Shown here: positions 1-19,589 of the stretch, piece by piece
Numbering within the stretch: position 1 is the first letter of the stretch
How the letters are laid out: the number at the start of each line of letters is the position of its first letter
NCBI RefSeq assembly: GCF_947568905.1
Contig: NC_079170.1
Coordinates: 34,534,001-34,598,000 of the forward strand
Length of the DNA stretch: 64,000 nucleotides
Direction of reading: 5' to 3'
Origin: Ostrea edulis
Taxonomy: Eukaryota
Translations under genes and position numbers: made by a program
The notes under the pieces: model-generated
Databases searched by the model: none
What the model was told of the DNA's origin: nothing
The model's input: only the letters and a program-made list of their open reading frames with translations

Positions 1-320
1 TGCTTTCTGCTGTACTCTTGAAGCAGCAAAACATTTTTGGTCTAACGAAAATCGAGTTTGTCTGGTCACCAAAGATCAACTAGGGCATTGGGCAAAGTCC
101 CTCTTTTAATATAAAATCTAACCAAGGAAAATTGTGTTGATTTAGCAGAGAGTGGTCCATTTCTGTCACATGAAAAGATGACATCAACAATGTTGAACAT
201 TAGGGACCCCTTGACCCATAGAATAAATGACATTAGAATATGAAGGATTCTTTCATGTTGCTTATATTTCATGTTGAACAATAAAAAAAAATTTGTACAT
301 TTTATGATTTTCATTTTCAG

Positions 321-7256
<6,936 letters not shown>

Positions 7257-9536
7257 TTTGGAAGGAAAATTTATGTGATAACTAATCTGTAGCAGTGGTG
7301 TTGTCATGGAGACAGTCATGTGATCACCTTGTGATAAACTCATAGCTGTTCGTTGTTGTGACCTTGTGATAAAGATCACCATAGTAACCAGTAGCCTGTG
7401 GTCATGTGATGACATATTTATCCAGAAACACGAACACTGTAGATTGAGTGGAACATGTAAGGAGAGATCTGATTGGTCGGTGGTAGAAAACTTTAACCCA
7501 GTCAGATCGAAAGTCGAAATAAACACGGAATCAAGATCTAGAACTCAGCACATCATATCACCGTTAGCAACAGGAATAGTAGTCTTATTCCTGAATAGAG
7601 GTCTCACAGAGTAGATTTAGATTTTTATGGACAGATCACGTATTCTTATGCTGTACAATTGAAATACTGTATAGAGCTGATTATGTTTGTTTTTTTAATG
7701 TTACCATGAGAACGGACCATACCTCACTGTAACTCTCATCAGAATTATCAAATCAGGATTTTTATAGACCAACTTCATTGTCATTGTGGCTGATTGTCAT
7801 TAGAACTAATTACATTTTGAGGAATACTCCTGGCAGGAAGTGCACCAGAACTGTTTCTTTAAGGGAGGACCCCATGTCATGTTCGGAACGGAGCACCGAA
7901 TTCACAACCTGTATAAAAATTGATTACAGAAATTTATCAACAACAAATCAACGCCTGCCCATTTGACTTTGACGGATTTTGATGTATAAAACCTTTTGAT
8001 ATTGAAGGTGACTTTTGCAAGGTGACTTATTTATGTCTAGTGCGTGTTAGTGGCCTGTAATGGTACATGTTTGACTTGTGACTCCTGTTTTTACTGATAA
8101 GACAACGTGAGCGAGGATTATATTTATTATTGTGTAATATTTATGAATTGACGAGTTCGGGCCTGGTGACCATAGACAGAGAAATACTGAAGTCAATTTT
8201 TTTATTTTAAATTGCTTATTCTGAATATTTTAATACTGTAGATGTATTTGATCCCACGATGGTCTGTGGGTACTAAATTCCACAAGGCTGACATTAGAAA
8301 TAGCTTACATGCTTCAAGTCTGCCGGTATGATTATATGTGACAGTGGAAATATGTACCATGCGTATTAATGCACCTTTACAGTGTATTAGATATTAGAAA
8401 TAGAAATTTTTGACTTAAGCCCTTCTCAATTTACAGTCTCTAGGCCAAATGGATGGATTTAAAACAAAGTAAAACAATTTTGGATATTATTTGTAGCGGG
8501 TACATGTATAAAAAAAAAAAAAAAAAAAGAGGAGAAAGTGATTGATATTTTCTTAGAATAATAAGTCCCCATGATATTTTTCTTCAGGATATTAAAAGTC
8601 AATGAAAATATGAATCTGATAATTAACAATAAGTAATTAAACAATAATAAGTAATTAAACAGTGTGTTTATAATTAAATGAGTAATGATTTGACATTGGA
8701 ATTGGAAAAGTCTCAGCCTTATTGTATCACACATTGAGGTCATTTTGTTAAGCAAAGTGGAAGGGGGACAAATACACCCTCCCCATAGCCTTTTTTTCTA
8801 TATATTAAGCAAGACCAGTCATTTAATCTTAAAGTAAATAATAAAAAAGGGATGTAAAATAGAATTGTTGTACATTTTCAGTGGCTTTTTGTTTATGATT
8901 TTAAAAAAAAGAGAATAAAATCTTTAAAATTATGTCAAGCACATGTACAATCATGTCTGTAGAGAGCACTATATTGCTTTTTTTTTTTCCTTGTCAGAGA
9001 AATTTTCATTTCAAGAAGCACAGTGTATCTGCATGTCACATTTTAAAAATACAAGATGGATTGATTTGACTCTTAATATGATATTTATGTTTTTTTAAAT
9101 ATGACATCATCAGTTGGTGTGTACTGACATCATTTATTCATGTGTACATTTGTTTTTTCTCTGGTGCCTAAACTTGTGCATTCATTTGTCAGTGCCATTT
9201 TTTGTAACAAAGAATCAGGTTGATTTTGTAAAAGCATTTAGTTAACATTATATTTTATTAGGATACCTATATGCATTAAAATAACTCAGCCTGACGGAAG
9301 TGTTCCGTGTCTTTATTTGTGGAGGATAACCAGATGAGATTCTGCTAGACCTGGGAGCAAGATGTTTAAAATCAATTCCACAATATCCACGTATTGACCT
9401 GCACATGCAGTCATTGATTAGAAATTGACCATTCTCAAATTAGGAACTGACTTTAACTCGATCAAGAAATTGGGCAGAAAATTTGTTGGGTGTCCGTGTC
9501 GTTTACTCGCTTCTCCCTTCTATGACCTAGATTCCA

Positions 9537-10615
9537 TCCTCAATATCTGCTGCGGTTGTATGTGAGGGAGGAATGTCCTCAATATCTCCTGTGGTTGTAT
9601 GTGAGGGAGGAATGTCCTCAATATCTACTGTCGTTGTATGTGAGGGAGGAATGTTCTCAATATCTACTGTCGTTGTATGTGAGGGAGGAATTTCCTCAAT
9701 ATCTACTGTCATTGTATGTGAGGGAGGATTGTCCTCAATATCTCCTGTGGTTGTATGTGAGGGAGGAATGTCCTCAATATCTACTGTGGTTGTATGTGAG
9801 GGAGGAATGTCCTCAATATCTACTGTCGTTGTATGTGAGGGAGGAATGTTCTCAATATCTGCTGTGGTTGTATGTGAGGGAGGAATATCCTCAATATCTA
9901 CTGTGGTTGTATGTGAGGGAGGAATATCCTCAATATCTGCTGTGGTTGTATGTGAGGGAGGAATATCCTCAATATCTGCTGTGGTTGTATGTGAGGGAGG
10001 AATGTTCTCAATATCTGCTGTGGTTGTATGTGAGGGAGGAATGTTATCAATATCTGCTGTGGTTGTATGTGAGGGAGGAATATCCTCAATATCTGTTGTG
10101 GTTGTATGTGAGGGAGGAATGTCCTTAATATCTGCTGTGGTTGTATGTGAGGGAGGAATATCCTCAATATCTGCTGTGGTTGTATGTGAGGGAGGAATGT
10201 TCTCAATATCTGTTGTGGTTGTATATGAGGGAGGAGTCCTCAATATCTGCTGTGGTTGTATGTGAGGGAGGAATGTTCTCAATATCTGTTGTGGTTGTAT
10301 ATGAGGGAGGAGTCCTCAATATCTGCTGTGGTTGTATGTGAGGGAGGAATGTTCTCAATATCTGCTGTGGTTGTATGTGAGGGAGGAATGTTCTCAATAT
10401 CTGTTGTGGTTGTATGTGAGGGAGGAATATCCTCAATATCTGCTGTGGTTGAATGTGAGGGAGGGGAGGAATGTCCTCAATATCTGCTATGGTTGTACAT
10501 GTATGTGAAGGAGGAATATCCTCAAAATATATTGATTGTATGTGAGGGAGGAATGTACTCAATATCTGCTGTGGGAGGAATGTCCCGATATCTGCTGTGG
10601 TTGTATGTGAGGGAA
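9537..10615. repeat. 39-bp minisatellite (~27 copies)
   Basis: Unit CTCAATATCTGCTGTGGTTGTATGTGAGGGAGGAATGTC. Confidence 0.95.
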
Positions 10616-11235
10616 AAATGCGATGCGAGACTTGCAAGTTTTTTCCCGGCACTCCAGATTGTCTCCCACAATTACAAACCCCTCATGACATCCACAGTAA
10701 GCTAGGACCAACCCCCTTAGAAATAAGGACTCTAGCTTTCATTGATTATCTTGGTGTTTACATCATAAGCCAAAGATCATAAAACTTGAATTATGAGTGG
10801 TCCATGTTGCTACCAGTTTTGTCTGAATTAAAAAAAAACATTGCTCTTTGTTCCCTATGAAAAAGTGGACAGGGCATACATTGATGCCTCTTACTGCCTA
10901 CCATTTATATCAATGTTTATGTGGATATTTTTGTGTGTTTATCCACGAGTAAATTTTAGAAACAAAGTATTCTGGTGCTCAGTTCTTCCATCAGGTCATA
11001 CAACCTACACAGCTCTACATAGCATATTAGAGGACTTCAAGAAAAAGCTCTTCACCAGTTCCTAGTAAAAATAATTCTCAAAATGTGAAATATACATTTG
11101 ATATCGGATAAAATGCAAAGAATAAAAAATTTGAACATTTTCTGGATAATTTTTTTTAAAACGTACGTACAACATAACCGGTAAATTAAAACGATACATG
11201 AAAATGACTGTCAATGTTGAAATCGTGATCCTGGT

Positions 11236-13260
11236 CTACAGTGGCTTGACGTTAAACGATGGTCTTTTGATGGAATCGTGGGAAATGACACTCCTCTGCT
11301 TTTCCCAACTCTTTGCTTTAGTTTTTGATGAAATGGGAATGACTTTAAAAGATCTGAAATCCAAGACAGAGTTCGTTGACCTCCTACACTTCATTTTAGT
11401 GTTCTGTGAAATCGGAACAACTCGTAGCAAATTGAAATTCCTGAGAGGTTTTGTTGACGATTGAGTGTTAAGGCAACTAGGGCGAGTCATCGTGCTGCAG
11501 ACCTGATTATCTTTGTTTTTCTCGGTTGAACGCGTTTCAGACGTATCGTCCACATCGAACATGTCTGTGTCCGTCACATACAAAAGGAAGCTCTTCCTGG
11601 GCTGCCTTTTCCTTCCTGTAGAATTCCTCCCCGTGTCCCCCTGATCTTTCCTTTCCTTAACACACTTAGTACATATATGTGAAAAGACTAGGGCCTCATC
11701 TTTCTTCGTTTTAGCTTGCCCTTCATTTTCTCTAGTGTTAACAATTTCTACATCAGGTGGATTTTCACTCTTTTTTCCATTTAAATGATCTTTTCTACCA
11801 ACCTGTCCATTTTCATTTTCTTCTGATACCCATTGAAGGTTTATATTTTCGATATCAGAAGACCTGTCACAGTTTTCTTCATGTTTTTTATCAGATTGTA
11901 TGTCCTCATTTCCCGATGAGTTTACAATATTTTCAACAGGAGTATTGACAGAGTTGTTGCCCTTTAAATTTTCCTTTTTGCTGTTTTCTTTGTTCTCACC
12001 TTCTCTAACGACTAACTGGAAGTTTTCATCTGGTTTAGATTTTCCATCATCATCCACGACATCAGTATCTGAGGTCCTATTCTTCTTAGGTTTAGGTTCA
12101 GAAACTTCATCCTTCGAATCATCAAAATGAACCCCTTTCTTCAAGCTCTGCCGAGACCTGGTTAAGGCAAGCGGTTTCTTCTTGAATACTTTGGCTGGCG
12201 GTAAAGTTCGAGTCCCACACATCCATCTTTTGACACTGTCTGGAATTTCGGCATTTCTTGTCCGTGGTTTACCAAGATGAGTCTTGTACATAGAAACATC
12301 AGCCCGATCGGTAATATCTAATCCAAAAGGCCCTCTACCTTTCCCAGATACTATGGGATAGACACAGCTTGGTTTGATGAGCTTTACAAAATCTATGAGC
12401 TCATTAAATGAGCTGTGATCAGAGTAGGGAACAATGAATACATTTTCCTGATTACAGAAAGGACTCATTTCTAACCCCGTGTATAAGGATGTCGGCAGGA
12501 TAGCTATTGTAGGGTGCTGATTGTTCCACCGTTCAATGTTTTTGTTGGAGATGGAGTAAAATGGCACGACTTCAATCCTGGCATCTGTCTCTCCTGTGAT
12601 GAAAACGTCTGGGAGATCTAAAAGTTCTGCCACCTTCAGAAAGATTGGGGAGACTTTGATCCACTCCTGGAGAACTTGAGCAATGACAACCAGGAGGTCT
12701 TCCTTTCCTAAGTTCCGCAATCCAATCTTGATGTTAAACCCCGGATGGCTACCAATTATTTCCAACACCTGCTGTTGGGACTCCTCCCTGGAGGGAAACA
12801 CACATCTTGGAGAATTATATGTGTTGTCAAGGTACACAATATCAGTGTTTGACAAATTCAACATCAGAGGGTCATTTTTCATGTTTGAATCAAAGCGAAA
12901 GTCGCCTGTGTACAAGATTTTACCAAAATATCCCTCGAACAGGTACATGACGCTTCCCGGGCAGTGATGGGCATCTATCACTGTTACAGACATTTGCTCT
13001 ACTTGGTCCGAGTCGACGTACATGACGTGGCTACACCCCGTCTCCAAGGGACAAATGAGAGAGGGCGTAACCTCATACCTCTCCTCCAGTAACTTGCCTG
13101 TGATTTCAGAACAGTAAATTTTGTGTTGCCAAGAGGAAGTCAGTCCTACAGTATGATCCCCATGGAGATGCGTCAGAAAAAACAGTCGGGCATTCGGACA
13201 TTCTCTTATCTTCCAAAAGTCCACTGCAATTGGTGTCCTTGGTATCACCTTTCCATTCAT
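11236..13260 (-). CDS. DCLRE1B: 5'-exonuclease Apollo / SNM1B (metallo-beta-lactamase + beta-CASP), 674 aa, single coding exon
   Basis: The N-terminus MNGKVIPRTPIAVDFW is Apollo-like. MBL motifs are THLHGDH, DAHHCPGS, YTGDFR, LDNTY and YSDHSS, followed by a long low-complexity C-tail. A candidate splice acceptor (ctacag on - strand, ~13315) upstream of the ATG suggests a non-coding first exon. Confidence 0.93.
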   Translation of the reverse strand: MNGKVIPRTPIAVDFWKIRECPNARLFFLTHLHGDHTVGLTSSWQHKIYCSEITGKLLEERYEVTPSLICPLETGCSHVMYVDSDQVEQMSVTVIDAHHCPGSVMYLFEGYFGKILYTGDFRFDSNMKNDPLMLNLSNTDIVYLDNTYNSPRCVFPSREESQQQVLEIIGSHPGFNIKIGLRNLGKEDLLVVIAQVLQEWIKVSPIFLKVAELLDLPDVFITGETDARIEVVPFYSISNKNIERWNNQHPTIAILPTSLYTGLEMSPFCNQENVFIVPYSDHSSFNELIDFVKLIKPSCVYPIVSGKGRGPFGLDITDRADVSMYKTHLGKPRTRNAEIPDSVKRWMCGTRTLPPAKVFKKKPLALTRSRQSLKKGVHFDDSKDEVSEPKPKKNRTSDTDVVDDDGKSKPDENFQLVVREGENKENSKKENLKGNNSVNTPVENIVNSSGNEDIQSDKKHEENCDRSSDIENINLQWVSEENENGQVGRKDHLNGKKSENPPDVEIVNTRENEGQAKTKKDEALVFSHICTKCVKERKDQGDTGRNSTGRKRQPRKSFLLYVTDTDMFDVDDTSETRSTEKNKDNQVCSTMTRPSCLNTQSSTKPLRNFNLLRVVPISQNTKMKCRRSTNSVLDFRSFKVIPISSKTKAKSWEKQRSVISHDSIKRPSFNVKPL

Positions 13261-13490
13261 GATCTATTTTTGGACATTTCCTCGCTTACAACAGACTGAG
13301 TGAGACACTACGCTGTAGGGATTTCATTGTTCTCCACTACAAAATAAAACACTGCTATCACACACTGTTATACAATATCTCTTTGCATATACATATATAT
13401 ACTATTAATCTACAGGTGCTTGCTTCATTGACTTCATACGTTATGCTATTTAATAATAATTAATATTTAATATGTTATTAAACATTATTT

Positions 13491-14470
13491 ATCTGTGACT
13501 CTTCTAAATAAATTATCAATGTGTGACTCTTCTAAATAAATTATCAATGTGTGACTACTAAATAAATTATCAATGTGTGACTCTACTAAATAAATTATCA
13601 ATGTGTGACTCTTCTAAATAAATTATCAATGTGTGACTTTTCTAAATAAATTATCAATGTGTGACAACTAAATAAATTATCAATGTGTGACTCGCATTGA
13701 GCCATTGTGAGCCACACATTGATGATTTATATAGAAGAGTCACACATTGATAATTTATTTAGTAGAGTCACACATTGATGATTTATTTAGTAGAGTCACA
13801 CATTGATGATTTATTTAGTAGTTCTACACATTGATAATTTATTTAGTAGAGTCACACATTGATAATTTATTTAGTAGAACCACACATTGATGATTTATTT
13901 AGTAGTTCTACACATTGACAATTTATTTAGTAGAACCACACATTGATGATTTATTTAGTAGTTCTACACATTGATAATTTATTTAGTAGAGCCACACATT
14001 GACAATTTATTTAGTAGAGCCACACATTGATAATTTATTTAGTAGAGCCACACATTGATAATTTATTTAGTAGTTCTACACATTGATAATTTATTTAGTA
14101 GAGCCACACATTGATAATTTATTTAGTAGTTCTACACATTGATAATTTATTTAGTAGCCACACATTGATAATTTATTTAGTAGAGCTACACATTGATAAT
14201 TTATTTAGTAGAGCCACACATTGATGATTTATTTAGTAGAACCACACATTGATGATTTATTTAGTAGTTCTACACATTGATAATTTATTTAGTAGAGTCA
14301 CACATTGATAATTTATTTAGTAGAACCACACATTGATGATTTATTTAGTAGTTCTACACATTGATAATTTATTTAGTAGAGTCACACATTGATATTTATT
14401 TAGTAGAACCACATATTGATGATTTATTTAGTAGAGCTACACATTGATAATTAATTTGGTAGAGCCACAC
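13491..14470. repeat. ~28-bp minisatellite with an internal orientation inversion
   Basis: (GTGTGACTCTTCTAAATAAATTATCAAT)n at 13491-13694, a ~15-bp spacer, then the reverse-complement unit at ~13710-14470. Confidence 0.92.
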
Positions 14471-15113
14471 ATACATAATTCAGTCAGTAGTAAATTTGGT
14501 GCAGGATATGAATATCTAATAGAACACGTTAATCGACTTGAAGTTAGACGTTTTATTTTTTCGAGAAAAAAATATTGATTAAAATTGAAAACGTTATTTG
14601 TTAACAGGTAAAATCTTCAAAAAAAACATGTCACTTATATAAAAAGGATATATAAGGAGAAATATATTTCAAAAAGAAATTGAAATGAAATGGTCAAAAT
14701 TCAGAGATATACTGCAATTTTTCAAATTTGATCCACGCCCGATCAGAATTTTAAAAAAAAATAGTCATAGGGAAAACTACATTCCCTTGATGTAAAATGA
14801 TTCCCAATTTAAATGAATTGATAAAGGAAACTAATTTTCTTGATAAGAAGTGCATACAATTAGCAACGATATAATTATTTTCATAATTTCTATCAATTTT
14901 GATAGGTACTTTTTTTCTGTGGTTTGATTCAAATTAAAATATAGTGATATATCTGAAAGGTCATTAGGTGTAAAAACCCTGTGATTTGCGTTATGTTTCC
15001 CGCGTTCAATAAATAGACGAATCAAATGTTTATCAAAGTTACGAGAATGCTGTCCTCACACGTTTAGTGCTAACTTTAGGATATTTTTTTTGTTCCTGTT
15101 ATGGATATAGATT

Positions 15114-15845
15114 CTATATATGTATCAACACTTCACCAGTCTGCGAAATTAGCGGTAGTCTGAACACCCGCGGCCAGTGATTTTCCTGTCGTACTTGTAA
15201 AGTCCGCTTGGCAACAAGTCTGACTGGCTTGTAAAAAAAAATTACCCGTCAGAGTTTAATTTGACAATCGGAAGTAAATACATATTACGCGCATGCTCAA
15301 GTCATGGAATTAGAATAACTCGTCCCAAACAAAGTCATTCGTCCCATTAATTACGCATCTTCACTCGGTCTGTTCCGGATTTGTCTTGAAAATTATTCAG
15401 ATTTCGCATGCGTATAATTACATTTTTTGGGGGGGCAAGTGAAATTGAGTTCTGGCATGTGGATTTCCTGAAAATGGTTGCTCGAATGGCTTGTGGTTTG
15501 CAAATTTTAATATCATTGACTGCTTCACCATGAGTTACGTCCTTTGAGGGGTTAGCCAAAGGTCAATCGGTGAAAAACCAAGTTTTCCTTCTTTACCTTA
15601 CCAAATGCAAGATGTTGTTACAAGTACTTTGAATTTTAGCCAATTATTAACTTTTCATACAAGTTAATGGGTTGACCCAATCTGGGGCATTATTGTAGTT
15701 GACTGCAATTCAATTGATGGAAAAATAACAGATGTCAAAGCTACAGATAAGAAAATCTCAAAGGCCAACGTTGGGAAATACGATTTTTAACCGGGAGATG
15801 GTGGACAAGGGACGTAACTTGCACGAAGTGTTGATACGTGTATAG
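15114..15845. mobile_element. TIR-bounded non-autonomous element splitting a dispersed repeat
   Basis: CTATATATGTATCAACACTTC at the left end and GAAGTGTTGATACGTGTATAG at the right end form a ~21-bp inverted repeat with 2 mismatches. Confidence 0.5.
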
Positions 15846-16264
15846 CAGTCTATGCGAAAGACATCGGACCGTCGGACCTGACCGATGTGCAGTGCCTCAG
15901 GTCCGACGCATTATTTTTTACACCGGACCGGAATGTCCAATGTCTCAGTGTCCGGTTTTGAGCTTTACTATTTTGATGCGGAGTCATTTAAATGTTTGTT
16001 ATAAGTAAAAAATAGCACACAAATCCAAATACGTAAATGAATGTGATTAAAACCGCATGGACTGTTTAAAGTATTATACGGGAGGGATCCCTGGTATAGT
16101 ATTACTAGTATAATAAATAAGATTCCCTTGGTTTTGCATTTTCACGTGTTTCACTTTTTTACATTAGGTTTTTCGGTCTGACAAAATTTGGTTCGGTCTG
16201 GTGTGTTCATTGATTACACAGGACCGAATGTCCTGTGTGGTCTAAAAAACTTTCGCATAGACTG
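15846..16264. mobile_element. MITE with 15-bp TIRs
   Basis: CAGTCTATGCGAAAG...CTTTCGCATAGACTG, flanked by the direct repeat GTATAG. Subterminal GGACCG/CGGTC motifs. Confidence 0.75.
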
Positions 16265-16322
16265 GTATAGATGCCAATACTTTTTGCTTCACCCTAAAAA
16301 GGGGTCATACCGTAAAACATAT

Positions 16323-16328
<6 letters not shown>

Positions 16329-16376
<48 letters not shown>
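16329..16376. repeat. (AT)n microsatellite
   Basis: Pure AT dinucleotide run. Confidence 0.95.
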
Positions 16377-16381
<5 letters not shown>

Positions 16382-16964
16382 TAAAACACAGGTCAAATGT
16401 AAGAATAAAGCCAAGCATGTTGTAAGATTTTTAAAAATATTGAATTATGTCATTTTTTGCGTTCTAAAGATCGATTTGATGACGTAGCATGTTGCAGTGG
16501 AACTCTTCAATTTCAACTTACACGAAGCAAATCGAACTTGCGCACCATATTTTCACGACTTTAAAGACTTAGAGGGACTGGTTCACGATTTTTGAAAAAA
16601 ATATTTTTCATATTTGATGTCAAACATTAAAAATATAACTGATTAAATGGTGACAGCCAAAATTTTGAACTTCTGAACGCAAGAATGAAAGCAATATTTT
16701 AGCCTTAAATATGTGTTATGTAAACAAAGACACAAGTCTTTTCATGTATACAAACAAACCAGTGAAATGTTAATTTTGTAATACAAAGCATCCTAATTTT
16801 GCAAAGTTACAAATTTTCACTTTTAGACGACACATTTTACCCGAAAAATGCTTGAAATGTGAAAGACATAATAAACTTAGATCGATATCCATTTCTTTTA
16901 AAAATTTCGTAAACAATTACATACCGCAATCTTTTTTTACAAAACAAATGATAGAGGGCAAGCC

Positions 16965-17525
16965 CTCTCACGGCCTGAAGGGCCATGAAAGCGGAGCTCT
17001 CCCTATAGGTAACACGTATATACATGTTTAAAAGGAAAATATAGGAAAATAATGAAAAATTAAACCATACCTATGGAACTTGAAAAGTTTGGTACCAATG
17101 GCGTCGATTCGAATATTAGCGCGTGGACATGTATTCCTCCATTTTGAATCTCGTCTACCCTAGTTAACGTCGTTCTGAGATGTTACACATAAAATCCGTA
17201 AAAGCATGTAAATCTTATTTTCTTAATCATATATAATCACTCCACAATTAACGCCATGTTTTTTGTTGTGGTTCAAACGCTATGTTTGTAAATTTGCTAA
17301 ATAACGACACTGAATATGACGTCACAATGTACTGTTTACATCAATTGCGTTATATTTCCCGCGTTCAATATATAGGCGGATCAAATGTCCAAAATTAGGA
17401 TGCTTTGGTACAGCTCCGTCCGCGTGCTAACTTTGGGTTGTTTTTGTCCTGTTTTGGATATAGATAATAATGCCAAAACTTTTTTGCTTCGCCCTCAAAC
17501 ACGGTCACGCCGTAAAACATATTAC
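16965..17525. repeat. Dispersed repeat family (copies also at ~14985-15113 + 16265-16320 and ~31235-32150)
   Basis: Shared blocks: AAGCC.TCTCA.GGCCTG...GAGCTCT.CCTAT, GACACTGAATATGACGTCACAATG.ACTGTTTACATCA, TTTCCC.CGTTCAAT.AATAGGCGGA, GTGCTAA.TTTGGG. Confidence 0.7.
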
Positions 17526-19003
17526 GTTGGAAGGGGCATTTCGGTAGTACTATGGGGCATTTCGGCAATTTCTGGGGGCATTTCGGTAATTCGGGGTACC
17601 CCTTTAAAAGTACAAAATATAAATTGTAAATTTACATTGTCACTGTCAGTTGAGGAAATGATGTATACTTCTTTTAACATTACAAATTTAACACGATACA
17701 GGAAGACATCGGATACAATATACAATAAATTTTTAGTATTGTTTACTTACTCATTGTCACCAATTTGTATATTATTATTAAAATTCATCTTGAAATAACG
17801 AAAACAGTAATATCGGAAACATGTAAGGGGTAATAAAAGGAAAACCGGGAACGGTGAATCTAAAAAATCTTAGTTGCAAAAATGTTTTAATTTTAATGAC
17901 AGGCAAAACTAATGAAAAAGACACATTTTAACATTGACTACTCAGGCATCACCGACAGGACAGCGAGACCAAAAACAAAAGTCGAATTGTGATTGTCAAC
18001 ATGTGATAACAGTAGAGAAAAGATAGGTAGTGGAAAAAATAACCAAACTATATGTACCAATGGCAATAACTCTAAACTTAGATAAATCCTAATCTCGTCT
18101 GGTACTGACCTTCATTTCATCTGAGGCCCATTATTATAAACGACACCAAAGGAATGAAGTTTTTTTTTTTTTAAATGATTAATATATATACGGTGTGACC
18201 GTTGGACCGAGCGAAGCATGAAATGTTCATTGGAATTCATAAAATTTTAGTTTAAGTAAGGTAAATTAAAATCCACCAATTCAACTTGATAAGTAGATTA
18301 TGATCCAGGGTCACCAAAAAGTATGGGGCGGGTGGGAGGATTTTAATTTTTATTCTCTGAGAAAAACACAAAAGTGCATCACTTAATGCCAGATGGATAT
18401 CAGTCTATGCTTATTTCACGGACGAATTCCAGGTTAAGCTTTAATTTCAAACACAGAAAGATACCAAACTTCTTCAAGATTTACGCCCGTAAGAACGCAA
18501 GAAGATAAGAAAGGCAAATATGTATTTTCTTCACATGGCTTATCACTTTGCTATACCGGAAATGTAAACAATAAGTACCAGAGACAGACATGGAAATTTT
18601 CCAGAAATCGCAAGTTTCGCAAAATAAAAAAAAAATTTGGGGTGGGTCGAAATTTGAGAGGCGGGCGGAGATGATAATCTATCAACTAATTAAAGTTGAA
18701 TTTGGCCTTATTAGAAGTGAAAGTTAAGGTCTTTTTATGAAACCTTGAAAACCAAAATTGCAAGCCATGGTATGTGTTGGTTTGATAAAGAACTTTCAGG
18801 TCACTGGTAAAAGTAACTGCGACTCATCACTAAAAGGTGGTGACAAATTCTCTATAAACTCCAGACAATCGACCAACATGAGATAAAATCATTTTCATGT
18901 GATGCTTCATTGCTAAAGCTCAAACTGTGTTTGCAATATTATTCAGAAGCCATTTATTGTCATGTGACTGAATTTGCTTGTTATATTTTTAAGTCGGAGC
19001 AAG

Positions 19004-19493
19004 ATGTCCAACTATGCACAGCGGATGGCACACCTGTCGTCCAGAATATTCGGAGAATACACTCGGGAGAAGACCTACACAGCTAACCGAATTATAAAGG
19101 AGTTCAAGAGTATGCCCAAATACAAGGACCCCAATATCATTAACTATTATCCCAAACATCCCGAGGCTACGTGGCTGCTCAATAGACTGCGACACCACGG
19201 ACTGTACAGGTGAGATCCTCAAATAAACTCCAGGAGTTTCAGAGGCACATGATTTTCTTTTAAATTGTTTTAAAACTTTACCCCAGATAGAAATGAAATT
19301 GTTTACGAGGCAACTTTTTCAAGATGACTATAATGAGAGCACTGGTGTTCGATAAGGATTTATTTCAATGTAATCTGTTCTCTTTTGTAGAGATGGTCAT
19401 GCAGACTTTATAGAAGAGTTCGCAGCCCAGCGAGCTCAGCGTGGCAAAGGACCACCAGAGAAGGGACAAGGCAAGAGAGCAACACGAAAGTGA
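19004..19493 (+). CDS. MRPS33: 28S mitochondrial ribosomal protein S33
   Basis: Exons 19004-19209 (MSNYAQRMAHLSSRIFGE...YYPKHPEATWLLNRLRHHGLY) and 19391-19493 (RDGHADFIEEFAAQRAQRGKGPPEKGQGKRATRK*). The phases join correctly, and the LYRD-H-DF and RGK..P.KG.GKR motifs are typical of mS33. Confidence 0.92.
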
Positions 19494-19589
19494 AAAGTGT
19501 ATGACTGATGTGTGTAATAAATATCTTTGACAGTGTTTAGACAAGTCTTTAATTTTCATTAAAATCTAGACAGGGTTCTTATTTTAGAG

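Noticed and set aside
9527-10652. Mucin-like or adhesive-like ORFs (IPPSHTTTADIED)n and the alternative frames
   Set aside because: They are translations of a 39-bp tandem repeat that is open in several frames on both strands. There is no signal peptide, splice context or unique flanking coding sequence.
16560-16960. Kolobok/piggyBac-like element starting GGGACTGGTTCACGATTTT
   Set aside because: It resembles a TIR start, but no matching right TIR or TTAA duplication could be located, so it was not called.
18400-18990. Shared promoter and non-coding first exons for DCLRE1B and MRPS33
   Set aside because: The divergent orientation and a CCGGAA motif are suggestive, but UTR exons cannot be placed from sequence alone.
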